Assembly: GCF_000142905.1 (NCBI RefSeq)
Contig: NW_013657603.1
Coordinates: forward strand, 1 to 51,248
Reading direction: 5' to 3'
Length of the DNA stretch: 51,248 bases
From: Thecamonas trahens ATCC 50062
Lineage: Eukaryota; Protista; Apusomonadida
A program made the position numbers and the translations under genes. Position 1 is the first letter of the stretch. The number at the start of each line of letters is the position of its first letter. This document shows positions 19,109 through 29,663 of this stretch, piece by piece. The notes beneath the pieces were generated by a model that saw nothing but the letters and a program-made list of their open reading frames with translations, was not told the origin of the DNA and searched no databases.

Positions 19109-20455
19109 TCAATGGATCAGCATCGAGGCTGAGAGTGGTGGCGGGGAGGCCGATCGCGGGAGGTGTGACGATGGGGTCTGTGGCGTAGAGGTACGTGAGA
19201 AGGAAAGCATGCGCCGCGACGATGGCGACGGGGTGGAGACGACGCGAGCGGGTGCGGCTGGCGTGGCCCGGGCAAGGCCAGGCGACGAGCGGACCGGCCG
19301 CGGCGAGGGGATCGGCCGCGGCGAGGCCTGGACCGAGGCATGAGCGAGCGTGTGGTGCCGCGCAAGTGCGACGGCTGGCGACGAGGCGAGGATCCGCTCG
19401 CCGCAAAACTCACACTCGCTAGCATGGCAGGCGGTGGTGTGGACGTCGGTCTCGTGCTGGGTGTAGAAGGGATCGGTGCAGTAGCCGCAGGCAAATGTGT
19501 GGCCCTCGGCCGCTTGATGTGCGTGGACGCCCGGCTTGGAGCCAAACGCCGCACGGCAGATCGGGCACTGGTAGAGGTGACCAGCTTCCGACTGGTGCGC
19601 GTCTCGCTCGGACCGGGTGTAGAAGGTGGCGGCGCATCCGGCGCACGACAGATAGTGCCGCCGCGCATCCTGGTGCTGCTGGAGCGCGTCCGGGCCGTCA
19701 AAAAACTCTTCGCACACATCGCAAAGCAGGAAGCTGCGCGCGCGCGCGGCCGAGATGGTCCGGGCGCCGGCGACGGGCGCGGGCGCGGGTGACATTGGCG
19801 GCGGAGCCCACGGCTCGGCGATGTGGCCAGTCTCGGTGGCGTGCTGGGCAAGGATTGAGCGCGAGGCAAAGCGGCGACTGCAGACCGTGCAGTGGAGGAG
19901 CGGTGTGTCGGCGACCGGACCCCACATGAGGGCGGTGGCCAGCGCGCGGAGGAGCCAGGCCGAGGTGGCGGCAAAGCCAATCTGCTCGGGTGCCAGCGAG
20001 CGAGCGGCAAAGTCGGATCCGGCCATGCTTGTGTCAAGCAAAGTCCCAAGCACCTGCGCAGCAAGATCGCTGAGAGCAGCAGCGACCGAGTAACTCGACG
20101 GCGCGTTGTAGCCGCCAGTAAGGACAAAGCCGCCGGCGGCGGCCGACGATGCCACATCGATGGTGTTGACCAGATGCGTGCCATACTCGGCGGCAAGGAC
20201 AGCTTTGTCGGCCTTGGTCACGCCAAGACACGCCTTGGCAATTCCCTCGGACTCGAGCACGGCAGCAAGCGGGGCAGGTACATGGCCAAGCGCGCCGATG
20301 TGGACAAGGACCGCTGCGTCGGCCGAGGCCAGCGCCACCACCGGCCAATGAAGCGAGCAGCCGAGTAGCGGCTCGCCGGTCAGACTCGCAAGCGCGTCCG
20401 CGAGCGCAGGAACGGTGGTCACGAGTGAGACTGCTCCGTCAAAGAAGACCGACAT
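19109..20455 (-). CDS. Degenerate WRN/EXD-type 3'-5' exonuclease domain fused to six C2H2 zinc fingers
   Basis: Exonuclease scaffold (PAPLAAVLESEGIAK; LSDLAAQVLG; SDF..RSLAPEQIGFAA), then CxxC...H...H fingers (CTVC, CDVC, CAGC, CPIC, CGYC, CEFC). Confidence 0.75.
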   Translation of the reverse strand: MSVFFDGAVSLVTTVPALADALASLTGEPLLGCSLHWPVVALASADAAVLVHIGALGHVPAPLAAVLESEGIAKACLGVTKADKAVLAAEYGTHLVNTIDVASSAAAGGFVLTGGYNAPSSYSVAAALSDLAAQVLGTLLDTSMAGSDFAARSLAPEQIGFAATSAWLLRALATALMWGPVADTPLLHCTVCSRRFASRSILAQHATETGHIAEPWAPPPMSPAPAPVAGARTISAARARSFLLCDVCEEFFDGPDALQQHQDARRHYLSCAGCAATFYTRSERDAHQSEAGHLYQCPICRAAFGSKPGVHAHQAAEGHTFACGYCTDPFYTQHETDVHTTACHASECEFCGERILASSPAVALARHHTLAHASVQASPRPIPSPRPVRSSPGLARATPAAPARVVSTPSPSSRRMLSFSRTSTPQTPSSHLPRSASPPPLSASMLIH

Positions 20456-21055
20456 CTTCGTTCCTCTGCCTTGCTGCGAGCCGTGTGCTAACCCTTGTTC
20501 GCTTGGTTTGACCCTCGCTGCCGTGCCTGCGCGGCGACTTTGTTGGCAACGGTCAATCTGATGTGTCCCGGTGGCTCTCATTGAGCCTCAATTTGGCAAT
20601 TTGCGGCGAACCCCGGTCACCTTGCTTGTGTACCGCGCGCTGTTGGGACATTCGTCGTCGACGTAGATCGTCACTCAAGGGTGGGTGGGCAAGTTCCCGC
20701 TCCTATGGAGCCGACTGTGTCGACGCCAATTCGAGCTGCTGTTGAAGCAAGATGCCAGCCGCTTCGCTTCGCTCCGCTTAGCCGGCGAGAGCAAGCGACT
20801 CGCAGCACAAGCTCGTGAGCGCATCCCCCCCTTCAGAAAGGGAGCGGTGGTGTAAAGTGCCGAGGTGCAACAATGACGCACGACATGCCGCGCTCGCGGC
20901 GGCAACCAGCGTGGTACCTACTAACCACCAATTTCGCCAGAAACTCGGGGTTCCAAGCACCACAACTCCACAACAAAAACTGTTGGGCAAGTACCAGTGA
21001 GGGTACCCACACACACTCACATACGACTACTGCCGACTTCAACTCGTAGCAAACC

Positions 21056-21645
21056 ATGGTCACGCACTCGAAGGAGCGCTCCAAGAATAGCTCGGCCTCC
21101 CCACCGGCGTATTCTGACTACTCCGACTACTTGTACGAGTCCTCGGTGGACCGGAAAGTGTAGCGTCTCGCGGGGACGGCCAATCTCGGCTGCTGCCGCT
21201 GCATGGGTGGCCAGCTCAAGTTCCACTGCTCGAGAGGCGATGCGGGCTGTTGACAAAGCGGCCGAGATGGGCATGTTCAATCGCCTCGTGGATGAGGCCG
21301 ACAACAACGGCAACTGCATTGCCCGGAAGTTGCGCTGGTTCGTTTGGTATGGATCGCACTGGCCCCCTTGTGGGAGTTGTCATTCTCCTCACCAAGCCCT
21401 ACTTCTTGGTGGTTATCATTTTCGCTCCGTTTTATGGGGCACCATGCCTCTTCTTCCGTGGATGCTCCTACTTGCAGCGTAAGCACAATCCAGCTCAGTC
21501 TGTATATGAGCGTGCGATGATCCGCTGGGCTGCCACCGCGGAAGACACCACCGGTGGCGTCGTCGAGGTAGAAGTTGTCTCTGATGGATCGAAGCATGCA
21601 CATTACATTCTCGGTGCCGAGGCAGCACCGCAGCAGCCGTTATAA
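21056..21645 (+). pseudogene. Decayed paralog of the 22011-22601 gene
   Basis: Collinear similarity (SPPAYSDYSDY; AMRAVDKAAEMGMFNRLVDEAD; MIRWA...TTGGVVE), with an in-frame TAG at 21161 and frame changes. Confidence 0.85.
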
Positions 21646-22010
21646 ACACTGTCTTTGGCACCGTCCACAGAGGACGGTCGCCCCACAACCACCGCTACTC
21701 GGCCGAGACGGGACAGGCGCCACTGCGGCTTGTGCCCACCAAGCCATGGACGTGGCAGCTCACAACTGGAGGTGGAGACTCTGTCGATAGACAAGAGCAG
21801 GCAATGCGTAGCGCCGAGGCAGCAGCAATGGCAGGCACGACATGCCACGCTCGCGGCGGCAACCCACGCGATGGTACCAACCACCAATTTCGACAACAAC
21901 GGGAGGTTCCAACCACCGCAATGAAATAAAAACTGTCGGGCACCTACAAGCGAGGGGACCCACACACACCCTCACACACGACTTCTGCAGACTTCAACTC
22001 GTAGCAAGCC

Positions 22011-22601
22011 ATGGCCAAGTCCTCGAAGAAGCGCTCGAAGAAGAGCTCGATCTCTCCGCCGTCGTACTCCGACTACTCCGACTACTCGTACGGGTCCTCG
22101 GAGGACCGGGAAGAATTTGCCCACGCCGGCAGTCGCAACTTTGGTTGCACTTGCTGGACCTGGCTCGGGTGGTCATACCATCGCTCGCGCAAGGCGATGC
22201 GGGCGGTGGACAAGGCGACCGAGGTGGGCATGTACAATCGCATCATGGATGAGGCTGATGACGAGGCCAAGAGCTCGGCTCGGGTTGTGCGCGTGTTGAG
22301 CTTGCTGTGGCTCGTGGCTGCTCTCATCGCCATCATCGTAGTCGTCATCATCAGGCCCCCCCTTCCCGAGACCGCAGCTGTCGGCACTATGCTAGTTTTC
22401 ATGTCAGCAATGGCTCTGGGGGTTGGTTCCGTCGTCTTGGACAAACTGCAGCAGGGCAACATGACCCGATGGGCCGAGACCGTGGCCGGGACTACCGATG
22501 GTGTCGTCGAGGCCGAGGCTGTGTTTGAGGGCCGCGGTCGCTGGGCTCGCCAGCGCATCGTCCTCTCCGTCCCGAAACGCCGGCGCGGGCGCCGCAGCTG
22601 A
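22011..22601 (+). CDS. Hypothetical two-TM membrane protein
   Basis: Intact 196-aa ORF with two hydrophobic helices. Peptide-level conservation with the upstream paralog supports coding. Confidence 0.8.
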   Translation: MAKSSKKRSKKSSISPPSYSDYSDYSYGSSEDREEFAHAGSRNFGCTCWTWLGWSYHRSRKAMRAVDKATEVGMYNRIMDEADDEAKSSARVVRVLSLLWLVAALIAIIVVVIIRPPLPETAAVGTMLVFMSAMALGVGSVVLDKLQQGNMTRWAETVAGTTDGVVEAEAVFEGRGRWARQRIVLSVPKRRRGRRS

Positions 22602-22979
22602 TGGCGGCCCAGCCATCCACGTACCTTGCGCCCTCCCATCGCCAACCCCTGGCTCGGAACTAGTCATGATTTTGAACAGATAAACATCGATATCGCCCGT
22701 CCCCGCCACGGCATTGCCCGCGCCCACCCCGATCAAAATCTTGATCGCCCCAGCCCGCCCAGCCAACTCAAAGCCACGCCAGCCCGAACACCCACCCGCC
22801 CCAAGCCACCCAATCCTAACCCTCTCCCGAATCACCTGCCCTGATCGCCTCGCCCTATTGGTCCGCCCTGACTAACCGCAGCCACCGAGCAAAGTCGCAC
22901 ACGCCGCCTCCACACACCGTCACACCCCACCCAACCTACTCACACACCCACGCACACCACCTCCATCCTCTCACACCTA

Positions 22980-25844
22980 ATGGCCGACTACGTTTCGGAC
23001 GACGACGAGGGCGCGCCCAGCCAGGCCATTCCCACCGGCCCTGCTCCTGGGGCGGGTTTGCCGCCGCCGTCGGACGAGAGCGCATGGGAGACGACGCTGG
23101 CGGGAGCCATTCCGGCTATTGTCTCCATCTCGTTTGCTACGACTGTTCCGTTCTCGACGTATCGTGCTGGAGCCAGCCATGCTACGGGCTTTGTGGTCGA
23201 TGCTGTCAAGGGCCTCATTCTCACCAATGCTCATGTGGTTCGCCCTGGTCCGGTCATCGCCTATGCCTCCTTCTCAAACTACGAGGAGATCGAACTCTGT
23301 CCTCTGTATCGTGATCCTGTTCATGACTTTGGGTTCTTTGCATTTGATCCGTCAGCGCTCAAGTTCTTGGATCCGCTCCCGGCCATTCCTTTGGCTCCAG
23401 ACCTTGCTCGTGTCGGCATCCCCATCCGCGTCGTCGGCAATGACGCTGCCGAGAAGCTCTCCATTCTCCACTCGACCCTTGCTCGCCTCGACCGGCCGGC
23501 CCCTTTCTACGGCTCGTCAGCCGCAAATGACTTTAATACGTTTTACTACCAGGCCGCGTCTGGAACGTCGGGCGGCTCGTCTGGCTCGCCGGTCCTTGAT
23601 CGCTCCGGCGCCGCCATCGCCCTCAACGCCGGCGGCAAGTCGTCGGCGGCCTCTTCGTTCTATCTCCCGCTCGATCGGCCAGCCCGCGCCCTCGCGCTCC
23701 TCGCCGCCGGCAAGTCTGTTCCCCGCGGTACCCTCACCACTGTCTTTGCCCACAAGCACTACGACGAGCTCCGCCGGCTCGGCCTCTCTCCCGACGACGA
23801 GGCCGCGGCGCGGGCGACGTTCCCATCCGGCAACGGCCTCCTCGTCGTCTCCAAGGTTCTCGCCGGCTCGGCCTCCGAGGCAGCCGGCCTTGCTGTTGGC
23901 GACATTGTGTGGACGCTCAACGGCGTGCCGCTCAACGAGTTCCTTACCCTCGAGGCCGTGCTCGACGAGTCGGTCGGCAACAAGGTGAGCCTCGCCGTCC
24001 GCCGCGGCGGCGAGCTTGTCGAGCTCTGCCTTCCAGTCGTCGACCTCCACGCCATCACCCCGGCAGAGTATGTCTCGTTCTCGGCCGGCATCTTCCACGC
24101 TGTTCCCTACCACATTGCCCTCAATCGGTCGATCCCGCTCGAAGGCGTCTACGTCTGCTCCGCCGGCCACGCGCTGGGATCGGGCGGCTTTGCCGCTGGC
24201 TCGGTCATCACCGCCATCAACGGCACGCCCGTCCCGGACCTCGACACCTTTGAAGCGCAGCTCGCAGGCTTTGCCGACGGTACCAAGGTCACACTCCATG
24301 CGTTTAACGTGGCTGACCCCTCGCGCAACGTTGTCGCCATCGCCATCATCGACCGCAAGTGGTTCCCTATGGCCCGCCACGTCCGCAACGACGCCACTGG
24401 TGTGTGGGACACGGTGCTCTCGCCGCCGGCGCCGGCGCCGGTGCCGCGCGCTCCGCAGTCAACCCCGCTCCTCGACGCGGGCACGTCGCGCATTGCAGCG
24501 GCCCTCGCGCCTTCGCTCGTTGTCGTCCGCATGGCCATTCCACACATGATCGACGGCGTCGTCTCGTCGCGGTTCATCGGCGCCGGGCTCATTGTCGACG
24601 CTGCTCGCGGCCTCGTCGTTGTCGACCGCGGCACTGTCCCCATCTCGCTCGGCGACGTCCGTATCTCATTTGCCAACTCCTTTGACGTCCCGGCCAACGT
24701 CCTCTTCCTCCACCCCATCCACAACTTTGCCATTGTTCAGTACGAGCCGAGCTTGGTGGGATCGACGCCGGTGGCGTCGGCGACCCTCTCGAGTACTCCT
24801 CTCACCGCCGGCGCGGCCACACACTTTGTCGGCCTCAACGCCGACGAGACGCTCATCACCCGCGCGTCGTCGGTGACCAAGGTCGCCAAGTTTGGCATGC
24901 GCCGGTCCAAGGCGCCAGCCTTCCGCCAGATCAACATCGAGACCGTCCGCCTCGACCTCACGCTCTCGTCCATCGGCGGCGTGCTTGTCGACGACGACGG
25001 CGCCGTCCAGGCGTTCTGGGCCGCTTTTCTTGCCAAGCCTTCCAAGACCGTCGCCGAGTCGGCTGGTGGCATCCCGGTCACATCCGTCCTCGCTCCGTTC
25101 CTCGACGTCTACCTGTCGCGGCCGATCCTCACGGAACCAGTCCCGGCCAACACGGCGCATGTCCAGCTGTGGACGGTCTCGCTCCGCGGCGCTCGTGCGT
25201 ACGGCCTCACTCAGGCCTGGGTCGACACCCTCGCCGCCATCTCGCGCTCACACGAGGCACTCAAGGTCGAGCAGGTTGCCTTTAGCTCGCCGGCTGCCGA
25301 CGCCCTCGCCGCCGGTGACATTGTCCTCGCCGTCGACGGCACGCCTGTCGCCACCTTTGCCGGCTTTGCTGCCGCCATTGCTACTGCGCCCTCGGTCTCG
25401 CTCACCCTCTGGCGTGGCGGCTCGCAGATCGAGGTGCCGATGGAGACCACGCCGCTGGTCTCCGACGAGCGCGCCCGCTTTGTGTACTGGCAGGGTGCGC
25501 TGCTCCAGCCGTCGTTCCTCGAGCTCCAGTTGTACCAGAAGGACATGCCGCGCGGCGTGTACGTCGCCCGGCTTCACGCTGGCTCGTCAGCGCACCTCTG
25601 GCGCCTTGTCTCGAAGACCTGGATTGTTGCCATCAACAACGTGCCGACGCCCGACCTCGACGCCTGCCTCGCCGTCCTCCGCACCCTCAAGACCGGTGAG
25701 AGCGCCCGCCTCCACACGGTCTCACTCCGCGGCAAGACCGTCGTCGTCACCCTCCGCATCAACAACGAGTACTGGCCCACCGTCGAGTGGCTCCGCAACG
25801 GCCTGGAGTGGGAGCGCCGCGTCGTTGAGCCGCTCAACGAGTAG
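22980..25844 (+). CDS. NMA111: Nma111/Ynm3/Deg7 HtrA-type serine protease (duplicated protease-PDZ-PDZ)
   Basis: ILTNAHVV (His), YRDPVHDFGF (Asp), GGSSGSPV (Ser); second degenerate protease domain (HPIHNFAIVQY) and PDZ domains; 954 aa. Confidence 0.96.
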   Translation: MADYVSDDDEGAPSQAIPTGPAPGAGLPPPSDESAWETTLAGAIPAIVSISFATTVPFSTYRAGASHATGFVVDAVKGLILTNAHVVRPGPVIAYASFSNYEEIELCPLYRDPVHDFGFFAFDPSALKFLDPLPAIPLAPDLARVGIPIRVVGNDAAEKLSILHSTLARLDRPAPFYGSSAANDFNTFYYQAASGTSGGSSGSPVLDRSGAAIALNAGGKSSAASSFYLPLDRPARALALLAAGKSVPRGTLTTVFAHKHYDELRRLGLSPDDEAAARATFPSGNGLLVVSKVLAGSASEAAGLAVGDIVWTLNGVPLNEFLTLEAVLDESVGNKVSLAVRRGGELVELCLPVVDLHAITPAEYVSFSAGIFHAVPYHIALNRSIPLEGVYVCSAGHALGSGGFAAGSVITAINGTPVPDLDTFEAQLAGFADGTKVTLHAFNVADPSRNVVAIAIIDRKWFPMARHVRNDATGVWDTVLSPPAPAPVPRAPQSTPLLDAGTSRIAAALAPSLVVVRMAIPHMIDGVVSSRFIGAGLIVDAARGLVVVDRGTVPISLGDVRISFANSFDVPANVLFLHPIHNFAIVQYEPSLVGSTPVASATLSSTPLTAGAATHFVGLNADETLITRASSVTKVAKFGMRRSKAPAFRQINIETVRLDLTLSSIGGVLVDDDGAVQAFWAAFLAKPSKTVAESAGGIPVTSVLAPFLDVYLSRPILTEPVPANTAHVQLWTVSLRGARAYGLTQAWVDTLAAISRSHEALKVEQVAFSSPAADALAAGDIVLAVDGTPVATFAGFAAAIATAPSVSLTLWRGGSQIEVPMETTPLVSDERARFVYWQGALLQPSFLELQLYQKDMPRGVYVARLHAGSSAHLWRLVSKTWIVAINNVPTPDLDACLAVLRTLKTGESARLHTVSLRGKTVVVTLRINNEYWPTVEWLRNGLEWERRVVEPLNE

Positions 25845-25879
25845 CAAGCATGCACACTCTACGTCGCGCACTGCTTCAT

Positions 25880-27424
25880 TCATGCACCGCACTCGCTCGG
25901 CGCGGGCTTGGCCACAAGCGCCGCAAGCTCGGCAAGGGAATCGTCGAGCCGGGTGTACGCCGCCGAGCCGCCGACGACGCCGTCAAGAAAGGCGCGGCCG
26001 GCCGACGCAAGTTCGGCCTCGGGCATGCGGGCGACAGCGTAGCGCGGGCGCTTTCCTGTTTTGAGTGCAACGAGCGCCACCTCGCCCGGTGCCGGGAGCG
26101 CGTCGAGAACCACCGCCGCCGCCACGTTGGTCGTCGCGTCGAGCCACGAGAGCCGTAGCGGGTCGCGCGCAAAGTGGGTGGCCAGCGTCGTCAGTGACTC
26201 GGCCACCGCGGGCGGCAGTGTCGGCGCGCCGTCTGGTGGCGGGCTGGTGCAGAGGCCCTCGTCGGCGCCCTCGTCCTCGACGAGGCCGTCGAGCGCCTGC
26301 GGTGACGGTGCCGGTGGAGCGGGAACGGGCGCGAGGCCGACAAACGCAAGGACGCACACACCGCGCGCGCCGATACACCGCTTCTCAAACGCGGCCGGCG
26401 AGTCGATGTGTTTGGCGGTTCGCGGCTTGCGCGGCGACGGCGACGGCGACGGCTTTGTCTCAGCCTTGGTCTCGGCTTCTGCCTTGGCCTTGGCCTCCGC
26501 CTTGGGCTTCGCCTTGGCCTCCGCCTCCGCCTTTGGTGCACCGGCGTGGGGACGGAGCCAGTCGGCGATGGCGTCGACAGTCAACTCGCCGTCGTAGACA
26601 AGCGCGGTGGACGGATTGGCGCCGCGCGACGGGTCGACAACAAGGGTAGGGAACGAGTCGACGCCATAGGCGTCCAACAGGTCCTGGATCTTGGCCTTGG
26701 CCTTGGGCGAGGCGGCGACAACCTCGCCAAGTGCCAGTTGCGAGTAAAAGACGTTGGAGAGCGCCTTGTACAGAGCAGTGGTGGCCTTCTTGTCAGTGAA
26801 GAGCACGACGCGCGGGGCATCGGCGCCGAGCCGGGCATCGTAGCTCTCGAGCGCGGCCGCCGTGTCCTTGATGCGGATGACGTTCGAGTGCAGCTTGGAG
26901 CGGGCAAAGGAGACCAAAGCCTTGGCCTTGCGCTCGTACTGGTAGTCCTCGACATTGCGGCGGAGCTTGGACGTCTTGCCCGACTTTGAGCGCTTGGTGA
27001 AAGCGTTGCCGGTATAGGCCTTGATGGTGGGATAGCCCTTGATGCCGTACTTTGAGGCAAGAGCAGTCTCGACCGTGGCATCGACGACGCCAAAGCGAAC
27101 AACGCCCTTGAGCTTCCCCGCAGCACGCGCCCATTCCGGCGTCAGCGCCTTGCAGTGGCCACACCACGGCGCCATGAACTCGACCATCCACGTCTCGGAC
27201 GAGTCGAGCACCTTTTCACGAAAGTTCTTGGCAGTCAGCTTGATCACGTGGCTCACCCTCGCCTTTTTGCCCGTCTTGCCCCCCTTGCCCCCCTTGCCCC
27301 CCTTGCCCGTCTTGCCTGTCTTGCCCGTCTTACCTGTCTTGGCTGCCTCGGCGAGGTCGAGGACAACGCTGAGGACGACAGCTGCGAGAAGGACGACGGC
27401 CAGCGTCCGCCGCGAGAACAACAT
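25880..27424 (-). CDS. Protein disulfide isomerase, PDIA6/P5-like, with a single active thioredoxin domain
   Basis: Signal peptide; WMVEFMAPWCGHCK; YGIKGYPTIK; followed by inactive Trx-like b domains. Confidence 0.9.
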   Translation of the reverse strand: MLFSRRTLAVVLLAAVVLSVVLDLAEAAKTGKTGKTGKTGKGGKGGKGGKTGKKARVSHVIKLTAKNFREKVLDSSETWMVEFMAPWCGHCKALTPEWARAAGKLKGVVRFGVVDATVETALASKYGIKGYPTIKAYTGNAFTKRSKSGKTSKLRRNVEDYQYERKAKALVSFARSKLHSNVIRIKDTAAALESYDARLGADAPRVVLFTDKKATTALYKALSNVFYSQLALGEVVAASPKAKAKIQDLLDAYGVDSFPTLVVDPSRGANPSTALVYDGELTVDAIADWLRPHAGAPKAEAEAKAKPKAEAKAKAEAETKAETKPSPSPSPRKPRTAKHIDSPAAFEKRCIGARGVCVLAFVGLAPVPAPPAPSPQALDGLVEDEGADEGLCTSPPPDGAPTLPPAVAESLTTLATHFARDPLRLSWLDATTNVAAAVVLDALPAPGEVALVALKTGKRPRYAVARMPEAELASAGRAFLDGVVGGSAAYTRLDDSLAELAALVAKPAPSECGA

Positions 27425-27633
27425 GTAGGGTTTGCGGTGGAGAGAGTGGAGTGTGCGGGTGTGGGCGGTTGGCGGTGAGGGAGCTGGTGGTCGTCGTCGT
27501 GGGGCTGAGGTCAGCGGTCAGTGAGCAAGCCAGTCGGTCGCCAGGGGCTGGGTCGACTCACTTCGCAGTCTTGGCGTTTGTGTCCGATGCCATCAATGTG
27601 AGACACACACGGCGGCATCACACCTACCATACC

Positions 27634-27641
27634 ACATACAC

Positions 27642-27733
<92 letters not shown>

Positions 27734-27752
27734 ACACACACACACATACATG
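27634..27752. repeat. (CA)n microsatellite in the divergent PDI/VTA1 intergenic region
   Basis: ~120 bp near-perfect CA run. Confidence 0.98.
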
Positions 27753-27907
27753 CACACGTCAACATATCCCCTTCCCCTCAAGCCACGATCTGGCCCCGAT
27801 CCCCATTGCGATCCCCGTGCCGAACCCGCAAGCCGACTTGCGGCGGCCACCGGATGCGGCGCGGCGGCCACCTTCCACACCACTCGACTGCACAGCCGAG
27901 AGCGGCC

Positions 27908-29641
27908 ATGTCTGTACCTGCGCCACTCAAGCCGTACCAGCAGTACATCAACCGGGCGAACGAGCTTGCCAATGTTGACCCTGTTGTTGCATACTATTGT
28001 ACGTAGGGAGGGGGGCGGGGGTGGGAGGGGGGAGGGGAGGGGGGAAGGGGGGGAGGGGGGTGTGGAGAGGGTGCATGTGCGGAGAAGGAACACTCACTCT
28101 TGGGGACGATGGCACATGGGATGGGGAACATGACTTGTGGGATGGGGAACAATGCATGGTGCGGGGGATGTGGGGATGGCTACCGCTCTGGATGCTACTG
28201 TGACTGCTGTTATCGCTATGGCGGTGGCGATGGCGATGGCGGTGGCGGTGGCGTTGGCGGCGGCGGTGGCGGTGGCGGTGGCGGACGATGGATGTGCTCG
28301 GGCATGGGGGTATCGTTGGCCATCTTCTCAGGTCGGATGTATGTTGTTCAAGAATGCATCTCCATGTACTCGGCCGCGACAGAGGAGACCCGTGAGTACC
28401 TCAACGAGCTGATGTCGTCGCTGGAGCAGGTGAAGAAGGCTCTGCCGGACTCGCCGCTCCTGGGCTCAGAGTCCGAGGAGGCTGCCATCTACGTCGAGAA
28501 CTTTGCACACAAGGTCTTTAAGGGGGCTGATGATGAGGATCGTGCCGGTGTCGCCTCCATCGGCACCGCCCTTCGCTTTCGCGCAGCCTCAAACTTTTAC
28601 CAGGTCCTCAGGGTCTTTGGCCCGCTGGCCGCGGACATCGAGGAGAAGAAAAAGTACGCCAAGTGGAAGGCGGTACAGATCTCCAAGGCAATCAAGGCCG
28701 GCAAGCAGCCACGCCCTGGTGGTCCGCAGGAGCACAAGGAGGAGGACGAGGCCCGTGCTGCCGCTGCCGCTGCCGAGGCCCAAGCCGCTGCTGCCGCTGC
28801 TCGTGGTGATTCCTCACCATCCCAACCTCCCTCGTCGGGCCCGGCCGTCGACGAGTTTGGCCTCCCCATCATCCCGTCTGCCAACTCTAATCCCGCCCCC
28901 AAGCCAAGCTCGGGCCCGGCATTTGACGAGTTTGGCCTCCCCATCGTCCCGTCTGCCAACTCTAATCCCGCCCCCAAGCCAAGCTCGGGCCCGGCATTTG
29001 ACGAGTTTGGCCTCCCCATCGTCCCGTCTGCCAACTCTAATCCCGCCCCCAAGCCAAGCTCGGGCCCGGCATTTGACGAGTTTGGCCTCCCCATCGTCCC
29101 GTCTGCCAACTCTAATCCCGCCCCCAAGCCAAGCTCGGGCCCGGCATTTGACGAGTTTGGCCTCCCCATCGTCCCGTCTGCCAACTCTAACCCCGCCCCC
29201 AAGCCAAGCTCGGGCCCGGCCGTCGACGAGTTTGGCCTCCCTATCACCCCTTCTGCCAACCCCAGCCAAGGCGTCGCTCCCAATTCAGGCCCCCTACCGC
29301 CGTCATTTGGTGGTGGAAGCAGTGGACCGGCTCCGCACATCCCGGGACCGGGTGTGGATCTGACTCCCACGCCGCCTCCGGCCCACAACTTTGGACCAGC
29401 GCCGCCGGCCGCGGCACCCGCTCCGGCGCCGGCTGCGACGGCCGCTCAGACATCACACCCAGGCATCATTCGCATCACCCCGCTCCCCGGCTACAAGCCG
29501 ACCGTCAAGCAGAAGAACCAGGCCACCAAGTTTGCGTCGTACGTCTCATCCTCGCTCGCCTTCCACGACATCGACGGTGCCATTGAGAATCTCACCAGCG
29601 CCCTCGCCCTCCTCACCGGCCTCCAGTTCGAGAAGCAGTAA
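27908..29641 (+). CDS. VTA1: Vta1/LIP5 (Vps4 cofactor, ESCRT); intron 27999-28331
   Basis: Splicing T|GTACGT...CTCAG|GT gives RANELANVDPVVAYYCRMY. Also VENFA.KVF..ADDEDRAG, KYAKWKA, and a C-terminal VSL domain ATKFASYVSSSLAFHDIDGAIENL. Confidence 0.95.
28829..29262 (+). repeat. Coding tandem repeat, 75-bp (25-aa) unit, ~6 copies, inside VTA1
   Basis: GACGAGTTTGG at 28850, 28925, 29000, 29075, 29150, 29225. Confidence 0.98.
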
Positions 29642-29663
29642 ACTCTAGACACGCCTTTGCTTT

